Of a DNA stretch of 64,000 bases, positions 37,982-51,700 are shown one piece after another; position 1 is the first letter of the stretch; the number at the start of each line of letters is the position of its first letter. The position numbers and the translations under genes are program-made. Source of the stretch: Octopus bimaculoides. Taxonomy: Eukaryota. The stretch is taken from contig NC_068989.1 of NCBI RefSeq assembly GCF_001194135.2, positions 49,326,585-49,390,584 on the forward strand, given 5' to 3'. The notes beneath the pieces were generated by a model. It had not been told where the DNA came from. It was given only the letters and a program-made list of their open reading frames with translations, and made no database searches.

Positions 37982-40917
37982 CTACATAAAATATTAATAA
38001 GAAAACAAAACAAAACAAGATTTATAATTAATGGTTGAAAAAAAAAAAAGAAAAATTGATGCAAACAAAGAGAAAAATCATATTTTAGATAAATTCTTTC
38101 CCCTGACAAAACACTCTAAGAAATACAGGAATATGTTAAACTAGTTTAGATAGCTTATGTAGACACCTGCAGGGCAAATATCAAATTGAAAACAAGATGC
38201 TGGTGTTGCTTCTATTTTACTATTTATAAGATTGTCGTTGCTTGATACAAAACAAAGGAAATAAAATCAGCTTGTCAGGAAATAAAACTGTACAGAAAAC
38301 AAAATAACTGTAAAAAGTTTATGCAAAACTATAATTAGTTTAATTTGTTTTCTAGCTTCACACTTAGGGAGAGACGTTTGTGTTAGTATGTGTATATTTG
38401 TGTACACACACACATATATAATATAGGGGCAGGCATGGCTATGTGCTTAAGAAGCTCACTTCCAAACCATGTGGCTTCAGGTTCAATCCCACCACATGCC
38501 ACCTTGGGCAACTGGCTTCTGTTAGAGACCTGTGCCAATTAAAACCTTATGGGTGGATTTCGTAGATGCAAACCAAAAGAAGCCCATAGCGCACACATGT
38601 GTGTGTGTGTGTAATGGACTCTTCCATTATTAAATGACAGGTAGTTTCTACAATTCTTGCTGAACAATCACACAAATGGCTTGTTTATAATGATCAAATG
38701 TTTGTGTTCACATGAGCACATTCCATACATCAAATCAACATTGTTTGTGCAGGTGCATAAGTGTATCATGTGTTAGGTCTCAAAATGCTCACAGAGCAAC
38801 ATGAAATGAAGCATTTTGCTGAAGAACACAACACAACATCCTGTCTAGGAATCGAAACCACAATCTCACAACTGCGAGTACAACCTCCTAACCACTAGGC
38901 TATGCATCTTCACACACACACATACACATATGTACATATATGCATATGTATGCATGTGCATAGGTGTGTCTGTTTGCATCTCTGCCTAGACAACATATAA
39001 CAGTTCATCTTCAATCTTCTGAATAAATATTACCATACTTGGGAAACAGGTGGTAGCCAGCAACAAGAAGGGACATAAAAGTGTGCCTCAATGAATTCCA
39101 TCTGGAATAGTGAATGTAAAAATGATGATGATGATGATGATGATGATGATACAAATACAGAAGTGCTGGCATGGGTATGCAATTAAGACTTTCACTTTAC
39201 AACCACGTGGTTTTAGGTTCGACGCCACTGCATGACACCAAAGACAAGTATCTTCTCCTATGCTTTGCAAGCATAATTATTAGATAGAAACTACATGGAA
39301 GCCTGTCCTGTATGTGCACATGCATGCATAAAAGATTGTTTGGTGGCATTGTGTCTACATTTGTAGTGGACGTCATGCCCTGTAACTCTGCATTCTCAAA
39401 GTTATGGAGGAAAAAAGCCTCTACATGTGAAACAAGTAATGATTGACAAAAGGAAGATTATCCAACTATAAAACAATTACCTCAATTAAGTACCTATACA
39501 AATAATGCAAACAGAGCAACAAAGATACAAATGTACACACACATACATCTAATGCACACACACACATTAAACTTCCTTAGACCCCCCCCCCTTGCACACA
39601 CACACTTGCATATACTCATATATAAATGTGAAGTACTGTTAAACTGTACAATAATTATACCAACATCATATTCCAATAATTCTCAGAGCAACAAATCTCT
39701 TTAATCTGTCTGGATCCAAGAAGATCTCAGCTCGATGAGTTTTAGAAAATAAGTTCCACTCTGTAATTCAGAAACTTTAGCTGAGTGCCATATACAACAT
39801 AATAAAAGAATTCATCCAGACCTGTTTAGATTTAAAGACTAAAAGCTTATTGAAGTGATAACGGTGAACCTAACAAGAGATATGATAAAACAAGCCAATT
39901 CTTATTATAATGTCTCGTGTTTCTGGGTTCAGATGTCAGTAAAATATATTTCTGCTGTTATCAATCCAGTAAACATTATTTACATTATAAATAATTTTAC
40001 TCTTTCCACCAATAACACAAAGGTGAACTAGTTCATATTTCAATCGTAAGTCTAAAATATTAATATTCTTGTCAAACATAAGTATAATTGTAGGTAGCTA
40101 CAATAAGCAGCACTGATGCCCACAACCATCCTTTTTCCCCTCCCCCTTAGAGTTCATTTTCTCCATGTATGTGTGTATTGGACAAAGCAGTAACACAACA
40201 TTGCACTATGGAAATCCCTCCAATACCATTGATAAAAATCAATATCGGCCGAGTCTTCTTAAGTTTGTATATAGGCACTAATGCAAACAGAAATACCATT
40301 TCACACCATTTGCATCAACCATTAACATATCAAAATAAACAGTTAAAGATTTTCAAATTGACCCTTAGCTTATGTCACTAATGGACTTGGAAAGTATGAG
40401 AAGTTTGTAAATTTCTCCCAAAGAGGAGGATAAAAGTTAATGCTTTGTGCCAACATACAAATCATTATTATAATTGCCAACACATTAGAATAGCAGACAG
40501 AATAAACCACTTTATTGTATGTAATTTCATCCATCTACATTTTGATTTTAAACCATCATGCTCCACTTCCCAGTTGATAAAATAAAAATCAGTTATGTAC
40601 CTGCATCCATTATTGAACTGTCCCATCTTTTATAAACTCATGACCTTTTTCTAATTTAAGAGATCTCCTTGTAATGATGGCTGTCGTGAGCCATCTACTG
40701 AATGCAAATCTAAAACACAAAAATACCCAAATGATTGATTGAGAGCAATCCACAAGTTCCATTGCTAATACATGCTTGTCTAATGTCAAGAGAGCATACT
40801 TTGTTATGATGCAGTGGTTTAGTGTGGTCAGGTCTAAAATATCTTGTTATAAGTTGTGGTAGACATGGTTAGCAAGGTATCCAGTCTTAATTTCTGATGC
40901 AAACTATTTCATTCATA

Positions 40918-41641
40918 AGGTGCATTCCAGAATATTTTTTAATTTCAAAGAAGCACAAAACTAATCACCTTCAAAATAAGATCCTCTTACTTCAATGCAC
41001 TTGTAGTGCCACTTCATGAAGGTCCCATCAAAGTTCTCACAGTCTCTTTCACCCACTTTCAGTTTGGAGAACAATCAAAGGTCATAGTGAGCAAGGTCTA
41101 GACTGTAGAGAGAGTGAAGGACAGTTCCTATACTCGTCTCTGTCAAGTAACTGGTTACCAGGATGGAATTGTTAACTGGTGCAGGTGTTGTGGTCTTTTG
41201 CGAAGAAACTTCTACTTGAACTCTCTCAATGTTGTTGAAAATGGGATCATCATGAGCTTCCTCGTGGACTTGTTTTGTCTGGCCTCTGGTGCTAGCAAAA
41301 AAAACAGAAACTCAGCTCATACATGCTGATCCATAAGCAGTTTGGAGCATTTCAACTGGTAACATTTTTGCTCAGTTTAATACAAAATTTTCTTGTATAG
41401 CGAACTTCCAAATTGTCTTCACATCCCAACTGTGTTCTGCAAACTTGTCAGTTGTGGCAAGCAATGTTTTTAATCAGGCATGTTGAAAGCACTGTTACAG
41501 CTGTTTCCTTCAACCTGGTGTAACAAAAGTTGGCAGGTCAGCTTATTAAGATGTACAGTAACGATATGCTTAACTTAAAATAATCTAGGAAAGTTGTAAC
41601 TGCCGCTCCTAAAATAGTCACAAAATTTCTGGAATGCACCT
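40918..41641 (-). mobile_element. Internally deleted mariner-type transposon
   Basis: TA|AGGTGCATTCCAGAA ... TTCTGGAATGCACCT|TA termini; N-terminal remnant KFCIKL..EMLQTAYGSACMS; C-terminal KCIEVRGSYFEGD*. Confidence 0.85.
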
Positions 41642-42123
41642 TATATGTCTTCTAGGTCCAGGCTCCAAGTCCTTACACAACAAAAGTCATAATTTTCATT
41701 ATTAATAGTAATGAAAAATTAATCACGAATAAAGAATTCTTATCAATTTCTTATATTATTGTCCGATAATATATCTGGTCAGAAAAGTGTTGATGGTGCC
41801 ATTAACATTAAAAGCAAATTTATAAGAGTAATCATCTCATTAAATATATTAGCAAGCTAGCATAATGTGATACATCATCAATTGGTTATTCATGTCATAC
41901 GATGATGATGATGATGATGATGATGAATATTTTTGTAAAATATTCATGTACATGTCACACACCAGGCAGAAAAATTTTGGTAAAAGTTTTCATTAAGTGC
42001 TGTTATTAGCCTGATATTCTCTGAACAGCTGCCAACACCAAAAGAATTAAGCTAATAGGAATTATCGGTTAGTCATAAGAATGAGAAACTACTGTAGCAC
42101 AATTTAAAAAATACAAAATATTA

Positions 42124-42169
<46 letters not shown>

Positions 42170-42338
42170 NNNNNNNNNNTACGTATGTATGTATGTATGT
42201 ATGTATGTACGTACGTATGTATGTATGTATGTATGTATGTATGTATGTATGTATATATGAATATAATGGCCGATCTATGGGATTACTCCATAGACCAGTC
42301 ATAGTTATCTATATCTAATTATTCTACTGCTCTATAAC

Positions 42339-42424
42339 TTAGAGTGTGCTTCTCTTCCAGATTTATGATTTACTGATGATATATCATCAGTAAATCACAA
42401 ATCCGAAAGAGAAACACACTCTAA
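42339..42424. repeat. 86-bp near-perfect palindrome (43-bp arms, 4 mismatches, no spacer)
   Basis: ttagagtgtgcttctcttccagatttatgatttactgatgata|tatcatcagtaaatcacaaatccgaaagagaaacacactctaa. Confidence 0.9.
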
Positions 42425-43559
42425 ATAATGTGTGTGCATATATATACACACACACACAATGACTGCTTCATCTTGTCAGAAGATAATCATCTCACATTCA
42501 GCCTGATTGTCCTGATCCGCTTCTATCTTTACATATACATGAATATGATTTTACATGTTGTCATGCATGCATCTTCATAGTGCTCAATGAAATGCAAAAC
42601 GGATCAAGAAATAAAATGATTTTGAGATATCTGTACATCATTGGATTTAAGTGATGAAAGCTTGTACGATACTTTTGCCATGCTCTCGGTTGCCATAGTT
42701 GGTTCCAGTGACAAGCATTGCAAAATGACTGTTACTATTTTGACTGCATGTTTTATGTCAGAGTATCCTGCTCCTAGTAGAACAACCTTCCCTATGGCTT
42801 TGTCAAAAATAACAGGAGCCTCTTCTACCCCTGGAAAATCCATTTGACTCACAGATAGGACTATGCCAGGCCAGAAGAGAACTAGGAGTAATCAGATGAC
42901 CATTTCATGCTCCCTAGAACTCTTAAACTGAAGCCTCACCAGCAGGTGCAACTGAATGTCATAACCAATACATACATACACATACATACATGCTCTCATT
43001 TATGTATTGAGTACTTTCTTTGCACAAATCTTCACCAATCTGTACACACACAACATGCACAAATTAGCCAGAGCAATGAATTTAAAGTTGCTTTTCACAT
43101 TTGTCAAGAAGGCATCAAGATGAAAAGTTGTGAATGACATGTATAACCACCTCTCTGTGTTTTGTAATTATAAGCAATTTCATCTAAATAATGAATTTTA
43201 CAATCATATTGAAAATCTAAGGAGGGAAAAAAACACAATATTACTGAAATTATGTTAATTTTTTGAGATTTAATTATATCTAAGAAAACTATATTTTTGT
43301 AAAGAAAGACAGATTGTGAAGAAACAAATTGCTTTCTATCCAATTATGAACGATAATGAAAAATACATCCAAAATCTTAAACTAAAAATTTGCTACAACA
43401 ATTGGAACAAACATAAAATCATGACAGAACATGGGTTTGGGACATTTCTGAATTTCCAAGGATTTTTCCCCTCTAGAAGCAAAAAAGGAAATTAAATCAA
43501 TTGTGCATTTCAAGGTATGAAATCCTTAAATTATTACTTGATGAACAGGCAGTAAAAGG

Positions 43560-44140
43560 AGACCAATGAAAAAAAAAAAATGCTTTGCTGAGTTTAGTAT
43601 CACTTTACATTCTAAGTTCAAATCCTATCCAGGGGTTAATAAATTAAGTTCCCCTCTTCTTCCAAATGTGTGCTCTTGTGCCTATACTAGAAAATATTAA
43701 TATTATTACAGGTGGATTAACAGAGTTATTTGGGAATAGATAAAATATTTTTCAGTATTTGTCTCATCTCTTTACGTTCTGAGCTCAAATCTTGCTGGGG
43801 TCAACTTTACTTTCCATCCTTCCTGTGACAATAAAATAGTATTCAAGTACTGGACTCAGTATAATCAACTAGACTCCTTTCCTAAAATTTGTGGCCTTGT
43901 TCCATGTTAGAAACATTATTATTATTAAGGAAGAAAGCTGGCAGAATCGTTAGCATGCCGGGCAAAATGCTTGGCAATATTTCATCCGTCTTTATGTTCT
44001 GAGTTCCAATTCTGCCAAGGTCGACTCTGCCTTTCATCCTTTCAGGGTTGATAAATTAAGTACCAGTGAAACATTGGGGTCGATGTAATCGAGTAGTCCC
44101 CTCCCACAAAATTTCAGGCCTTGTGTCTATAGTCAAAAGG
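43560..44140 (+). mobile_element. Tandem family-B SINEs (one partial, two near full-length)
   Basis: Repeated gttctgagYtcYaat...cttt..YttYcatcctt...aagtac...ggccttgt units. Confidence 0.75.
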
Positions 44141-44187
44141 ATTATTATTATGATTATAGTTATTATTATTATTATTATTATAAGCTA

Positions 44188-44355
44188 AGGAGTGGCTGTG
44201 TGGTAAGTAGCTTGCTTACCAACCACATGGTTCTGGGTTCATTCCCACTGCGTGGCACCTTGGGCAAGTGTCTTCCACTATAGCCTCAGGCCGACCAAAG
44301 CCTTGTGAGTGGATTTGGTAGATGGAAACTGAAAGAAGCCCGTCGTATATATGTA

Positions 44356-44406
<51 letters not shown>

Positions 44407-44618
44407 GTTTGTGTGTCTGTGTTTGTCCCCCCAACATCGCTTGACAACCGATGGTGGTGTGTTTACATCCCCGTAACTTAGCGGTTCGGCAAAAGAGTAC
44501 GATAGAATAAGTACTTGGCTTCCAAAGAATAAGTCCTGGGGTCGATTTGCTTGACTAAAGGTGGTGCTCCAGCATGGCCGCAGTCAAATGACTGAAACAA
44601 GTAAAAGAGTAAAGAGTA
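44188..44618 (+). mobile_element. Full-length, young SINE family A
   Basis: Highly similar to 13106-13550. Confidence 0.9.
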
Positions 44619-44828
44619 AGAATAATAGAAAGGTTATTGACAATAGAAGACCAAATTTTAAACACTGCATCACTATATTTGAGGCTTCATGTTTCAGACT
44701 TTCATTTCTATCGGTATAAAATTATCTTCATCTTTTCAAGTAATAAGCTAGGTACCAATCACAAGTCTAATTGCATTGAGATAGAATTTAAATGAGCTGA
44801 GCCCTTTGCATTACTGATACGTATTTTA

Positions 44829-44981
44829 TCAACCAATTTCTTCTACCATCTCACAAAGATCCACATTTTCAAAATCCATCTCACCAATTTTAGCAGTGAA
44901 AGCTTCATAGGTTTTGTTATTTAAATTAAATATGAACAAATTTCGCCCAGGAAAGCCATCAACAAAGGTAGCCACATCGTT
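44829..44981 (-). CDS. Candidate terminal exon NDVATFVDGFPGRNLFIFNLNNKTYEAFTAKIGEMDFENVDLCEMVEEIG*
   Basis: tttttagttttttccacag acceptor; 50 open codons then TGA TAA; in phase with exon 45112-45167. Confidence 0.5.
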   Translation of the reverse strand, partial: NDVATFVDGFPGRNLFIFNLNNKTYEAFTAKIGEMDFENVDLCEMVEEIG

Positions 44982-45111
44982 CTGTGGAAAAAACTAAAAA
45001 CTATCCAGCATTGAAGTCTAAGGAAATCTACAGAACTGGATTGTTTTTTGGTAAGCAAAACCCAGCAAAACCAACAAGAAACTTTAAAATAATTGTCAAC
45101 AAGAAACCCAC

Positions 45112-45167
45112 ATCAACAACAATGTCTATATAGCATTCTGGATACGTATCTGGATCCTCAGAACTTT
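45112..45167 (-). CDS. Candidate exon (E)SSEDPDTYPECYIDIVVD
   Basis: tctcttgtccag acceptor, GAT|gtgggt donor, 130-nt intron to 44981. Confidence 0.45.
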
Positions 45168-48100
45168 CTGGACAAGAGATCTATGCTATTGTACTCCCTT
45201 ACTCTATTTTTGCACATCCTCATCTTGAATGATGTTCCCTGCTATGATTTCTCCATACTGTAAAATGAAATATGAGAATTAGGGACCATCAGAGGGCATT
45301 TATAAAAAAAAAAATGCCATGAGATATTCTGATTACTGGTATAGTTCCAAAACACTCAGGCTTCTCTCCAATGTTACTGTGAATACTACATTATACATAC
45401 AGTGACATAATCAGAGCCAATATTAACCAAAACCTAAGTTAAGTAAGTTTTCTAAGTTAATAAGCAATTTTCTGTATTCAAAACTAATTTGTACTCCCCT
45501 TCCCACCTCCTCTCTGGCCCTAATTTTAAAAAGCAAAATGGTTTTAGACTTCATTTTCAACAGTTCACTAAAAGTATAGTTACTTCATTATGCTGCTATT
45601 CTAAATGTTCTCTCTTAATACAAATGTGTATTCTTAGAACAATTTCTCCAGGAATCTTTTTTTTTTGTGTGTGTGGTGATTTGTATTCAGTAATCTTCCG
45701 ACAGTGTAATCAATTTATAAATTTATTTTATCTCATTGTGGCGTAACTTTTTGATATGTTTCTAAGAAAATATATCTTTATCCCATTCACATTCAAAGAA
45801 TTATAGCTACTTAACTCACTCGCTCTCCTATAGGAATCCAGCCCTCATAGATAAATCATTTCTGATAAAGAATGTGCTTACCCTACCTTTAAAGAAAAGA
45901 CAGAAATCTATAGTTATCAACAATGAATGGAAGTCCTCAAAATGGTTTTCAATCATTGCAAGCTCATAACTCAATAGTATTATTTCTTATAACTTTAGTA
46001 TTCATCTATTTTTTAAACAAGATTTTCCTCCATCAAATTTAAGAAATGAAATTTTCCCCTTCTATTGCACCACATAACAAGATCTAAGAATGTAATTGAA
46101 TTCCCTAAAGCTAGATTGCAGAATCAAGGAGTTTTGACAATGTCCAAAGAAATAATAAATTTGATAGATTCAATTTCTCCACCACAACTTACATGTGCAT
46201 GCACTATTCCTCAAAGTTATCAATTTATTTTCATCTAGATATAAAAGAAAAGCAAATTTGTATATCAAATGTACTTTAGAAATTTCTAAGTTTCCATACT
46301 ATCCGCAACAAAAAAAATTTCTTTAGATTTGGCAACTAGCTATTAAGATAGGTTATGCAATTTCAGTTTAGGATATATTACACCTTCACATAAGTTTGTG
46401 ACTTACTAGAAGCAATCAATACTACAACTTCAATTTTATTTCTCATGTATTGCCAGCATCTCACCTGCTTAGTTTTATAAAATTTACAGCTATACATGGC
46501 AAGAAAATGTTCTTAATAACAAAGATTTGTAAACTACACTGCAGAGCAAATGTAGCAACGACAGTCATGTTATTTTGGTTGAAATTCTGTCATAGTAATT
46601 GTGTTGAAGGAATTGTTCAAGACTATTGCAAACATCTATTGGTGAAAATGACAAGTGACAGGAAATGTTTTTCCAAGAACTAAGAAGGGGATGTACAATG
46701 TATAGCTGTTTACATAACTTCAGACAGACAAGATCACAATGACTACTAAAACAGAAACTTTACAAAAGTGAAAATTTAATATAAAAACAAATTTCAGATA
46801 GAGCAAGTTGTACTTGAAATCAAAACAGAAATATTAAATTCTCCAGCCAGTTGTTATTGTATGTACAACATATCTTTTATCATTTATTTGTTTCAGTCAT
46901 TGGTCTGTGACCATGCTGGAGCACCACTTTGAAGGGTTTCATCGAACAAATCGATCCCAGTATGTTTTTTTTTAAAACTTGGTACCTATTCTATCATTCT
47001 CTTTTGCAGAACCACTAACATATGGGGACTTAAACAAACCAACACTAGTTGTCAAGCAGTGGTGGTGAATGAACCCATACACAAAGACACACACATATAC
47101 AACATGCTTCTTTTAGTTTCCATCAACTAAATCCACTCACAAGGTTTTAGTTGGTCCAGGGCGATAGCAAAAGCTTCCTATAAGCTTCTATGAAATCAAA
47201 AAAACATTTCAAGGGTGCAAATACAGAGGGACTTAACCAGAACCAAGGGGCTGGGAAGCAAGTTTCTTAACACATAACCAAATTGCTAACAAAATGCCAT
47301 ATATATATGAAAAAATAAGTTCAAAAAAGAACTATTCAAACTTTTTGAGAGGTCCAAAAAGAGAGAAAAAGTGATTTCTAATAAAGATTCATCATATTCA
47401 TAAAAAAAACAGCCAGAGCAAGTAGTAAGAATTTGAAAATAGTAATTGAAAAAAATTGTTATAGGTATAAATATACCATAAAGAATTACAGAAAAATGGA
47501 GATGTAGCATCAAAATTAGATTTAATACAAAATAGGATTCAATACATATGCGTGTTTCAAAGGACAATACAAATATGTAAGAAAAAAATTATAATAATAG
47601 TAATTATAATTAGATTTATGCATTGTCATTCCCATCAGTGTGAAGAATTTTTGGAAGGACATCAAAAAAAGGTTTAATAAAGTAAAGTAAATTAAAATAA
47701 GATACAATAAGGGAGAATACAAAAGGGGTGATAGGGAAAAATCAGATATTTACAAGCAAGTTGTAAAAGGGAAAAGAATAACAGTAATAATAGTGAGAGA
47801 GACAAACGAGAAATAAAGACAGACATATCATTGTGTATACACGTCTATATGTGCAGTAAATTATAACATAAAAATAAGAATAAAAATCTAATGGATATGT
47901 TTAAAAAAATGGTAACAGGTCAAGACTAAGTATAATGTAAACAGGGCCACATGTGTATAGTAGAATATAATGTAACAGGTGCACTAGTAGAAAAACGGGG
48001 CTAAAAGTGAGGCAAGACTATGTTTGAAAACAGTTACAATATTTAAGTAAAAATGTACATATGAGCAGAGAAAAGACCAAAGAGAGCTTAACAAGGAAAA

Positions 48101-48309
48101 AACATCAATCACAGACAAGACTGGCTGGTGTATTCGAGAGAGTCACCTTACTCAAAAACTAGCCCAGAGTAGGGGAGACAATCAGAAAAAAGTAGGAACA
48201 AAAACGAATATATGAAGGAGAAAATTATTATAAATTTACAAGTGATAGACTAAAACGTATACACTTAACACATAAGGATATAGTCATACACATATACATA
48301 CATGGACAA

Positions 48310-48363
<54 letters not shown>

Positions 48364-48529
48364 NNNNNNNNNNNNNNNNNNNNNNNNNNNNNNNNNNNNN
48401 NNNNNNGAAAGTGAGAGGGAAGATACAAGTAAAGTAAAAAAGTACGTATTCACATAAGACATATACAAATATACATATACACACAAACATACACACACAC
48501 ACACACACATATAGTAACTCCCAAAAAAG

Positions 48530-48710
48530 AACAACAAACACACAAAAACAACAATAACGCTAGGACATGGTACATGTAAAATATTAGCAGACGTTCAGGG
48601 AAGGAAAGAAAGATGGTTTAACATTTCGAGCAATGCTCTTCTTCAGAAACAGAGGAAAGTCAAATAGAAAGGAAGACAGAGCAAGAAAATCACCAAAGAT
48701 TTACATGTGG
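48530..48710 (-). mobile_element. PLE-type terminal repeat unit
   Basis: Roughly 75-80% identical by eye to 62625-62790 (+); carries the hammerhead core. Confidence 0.7.
48616..48650 (-). ncRNA. Minimal type-I hammerhead ribozyme motif (one stem-III mutation)
   Basis: Minus strand reads GTTT-CTGAAGA-A-GAGC(ATT)GCTC-GAAA-TGTT-AAAC; stem I is GTTT/AAAC and stem II is GAGC/GCTC. Confidence 0.6.
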
Positions 48711-48723
48711 TTACATTTTGTGG

Positions 48724-48761
<38 letters not shown>

Positions 48762-51700
48762 GTATATCTAAGGTTAATACTAATCCTTTCTCTCACATTT
48801 CCCCACCTCTATTAGTGTAATAATTTCTTGCATAAATGTGACCACTAAAGAAAAAAAAAAATCATGCAGAGATATTAATTACAAGTATGTTAAGTATAAG
48901 ATATACATATTAGTCCTTCCATGATAGTCTTAAGCATTCAACCTGTAAAGAATTCCCCAGACTTATGAAAAGTGTTATGAAAACATCCAGTTCTAGGTTG
49001 ATAGAATGTATTACAATAGGTTATGCAGAATTTAATAATTCATAACAGGTCACTCTAAGAAGTTCTAATTTACAAAGGGTACTTGAAAAGTCTACTATGT
49101 TACTGGATATCTTTATTAATTCCAAAACTATAAGGCCATCAGTGAATTCTGTGGATAGGGGAGGGTCTAGATAGTTGAAGAATATTGGATAGAATAACAT
49201 GAATAGCCTAAATGGTGTGTCACACAGACGTGTCTGTGCTGATGCACTCTAACAACCTAGTTAATATGTTGTAAAATATATTATAGTTTCCTTTTGCTTC
49301 AGGCATATATCGTCATGAATATCATTAGCAGATAGAATAGTCTACAATTTTAATTTCAATCACTAGAATGAAATCTTACTCAACATTTAAAGAATAAAAA
49401 CAAGGAAAAATGAAATCTAACAGTCCACAAAGGTAAATAGCTACAACATACTTGTAACATATTCAACATGTTATGAGATATATATATAAATAACTGATAT
49501 AGACAGAATCAGTGTTAATACCAAAAGGCAATCTTTATGTCCTATTTAACGTGGACGTTGTGTTAAAACACAATACTGTGTAATTTAACTCAAGAGAACT
49601 TTTCATATGGACTCATGGTGTATAAAAGCACTTGTATTTAGATGGTTGACAAACAAGAATTGTCTACTACAGCTGCTGGAACTTCCACATCACGATTTCA
49701 TCCTGCTTGTGGCTCCTCAGTGGAAGATGTCCAGTAGTGACATAACAGTCAACTCTCCCTGTCAATGATACATAGGCAAACACACACACACACACAGAGG
49801 TTGTCCTCTATTTTCAAACTGAATGTGTTCTGTAAAAAATAAATATGAAAGTTGAATTTTTAAATCTTGAACCACATGTTAATTAGAGTCTTACATTCCT
49901 ATGTAAGTTACAAGAATTCTTTGGGGTATTATGACACTCTGAACATACACAGAAATATACTTATACTTAGAGGTATCTCAAGAGCATTGCTTTGCCCCAG
50001 GTAAAGTCATGTATTGTGCTCTATAGTATTTATTGATTGACAGCAAGCTACTACATACATAGATTAGCAGTGGGTCCCAAGATCTGCGTGGGCCCAAAGC
50101 AACAGCCCAGTGTTAAATATGGCTGATAATAAAATATGGGCCAAAATTTGCTTCAGTTTGATCAAAATAATGCTTTGTTTTTCTTTTCTTTTCTTTTTTT
50201 GTGGGGGGGGGAGCAGAGGTCCAAACTCATATTCTTTGGTGAAATGAGGCACACGGATTAAGAACCACTTATAGGTGGATAGTCCACAGCTAAGTCCTAT
50301 AAGCTTCTATGCAAAAACAAAAAAATCCATTCCAAGTCAATGTTGTCAAAAGTGGAACAGTATCTTTCCATATGAGTTTGATTACTGGTTTAAATCACAT
50401 AAGAGGATGACTGGTCGCTTATGTAACACAAGCAAAAGCATTAACCGCTAGAAACCAAAAGGCATGAAAAACAAGAATGTAATGACTTAAATATTAATTA
50501 GTACAAAGTCTGCTGAAGTTTAATTAGAAATAAATTCAAAACTGAATTATTTCAACCACTACTAAAAAGATTATAAAACTTTCAGCTCCAAGCAGCTGTC
50601 CAATCGTGAAGCGAAACTAAGCTGGTGCCTACTGACTAAATCTAAAAATAGGTCTATCTCTCTCTTCTTCCACAAGTATAAATACAGAAAACGAAGTAAA
50701 GTCAAGTAAGGAAAAGCAAAAGAAATAAATCGTCTTAAGTTACCTTACCTTTCTTATTTGATTATATTTACATTCTACATAAATAGTTTGGTTGTATCCA
50801 AGACTTTTGTGATTTGTCAGTGGTTACATAAGAATTATATCAGAATTAGTATTCTTCTGATATCTTGAACACATGTAGAATTGGCCAACTATTTCAGTCA
50901 ATCAAGATAAAGACTATGTGCGCATGCATTATATATACACACACATACACACACACACACACACATATATGTTTTGCCTATTTCTGACTATTCTTAGAAG
51001 AAATAAAATGATAGAAAGGAAAAGGAAAAAAAGTCAATTTTAAACAGTCTTTAGTCTTATCTGAAACAGACAGTGATTAATTTGAACATTTTGTGAATTT
51101 ATAGCTTAGATCTATTAACTTAGAAATTACAATGTCTCAAAAACAGGCCATATTATCATCTCAGAAGTTTTATAAAGAAATCTCGATAGTCAAAATAATC
51201 TCATAAATCTCAATGCATGTCTATACAAGCTGGCAACATTATTAACGCATCTAGTTTAGCTTTGGTTACTTTTGTGCTGGCACACATGAAAAAGGCATTC
51301 ATAAATTTCTTCAAACCACTACGTTGTTTGCACAGATTCCAACTAAAGCAACAGTGTATGTAATGATTTACTTTCAAATGTCAGTCGTCTCAGGAGAGAA
51401 AAAAAAGAAAGAATAAAGACAGACAAAATCGAAATTAGTTAAGAAACTGAAGGAAAATGAGAAGTTCTTATCACAGCTAAATATACAGACATCTACTTAA
51501 TATAAATATATATACCTTGATAACACAAGAAACTAAAAATATGAAGAAGCCAAAAAAAAAAAGAAGTAAAAAATCATTATACAAATATTCCTTCAATATC
51601 ATCAAAAGACATTGATCTCAATAATAATAATAAAAATTCAATACTCGGGTAAATTTATTTGTCTAGCAAAATGATGTTTCAATTTATAGAATGTTAAGTT

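Noticed and set aside
50068-50270. Second hAT/Charlie-like MITE (cagtgggtcccaa ... ttaagaaccact)
   Set aside because: The termini are degenerate and the flanking 8-mers do not match as a TSD.
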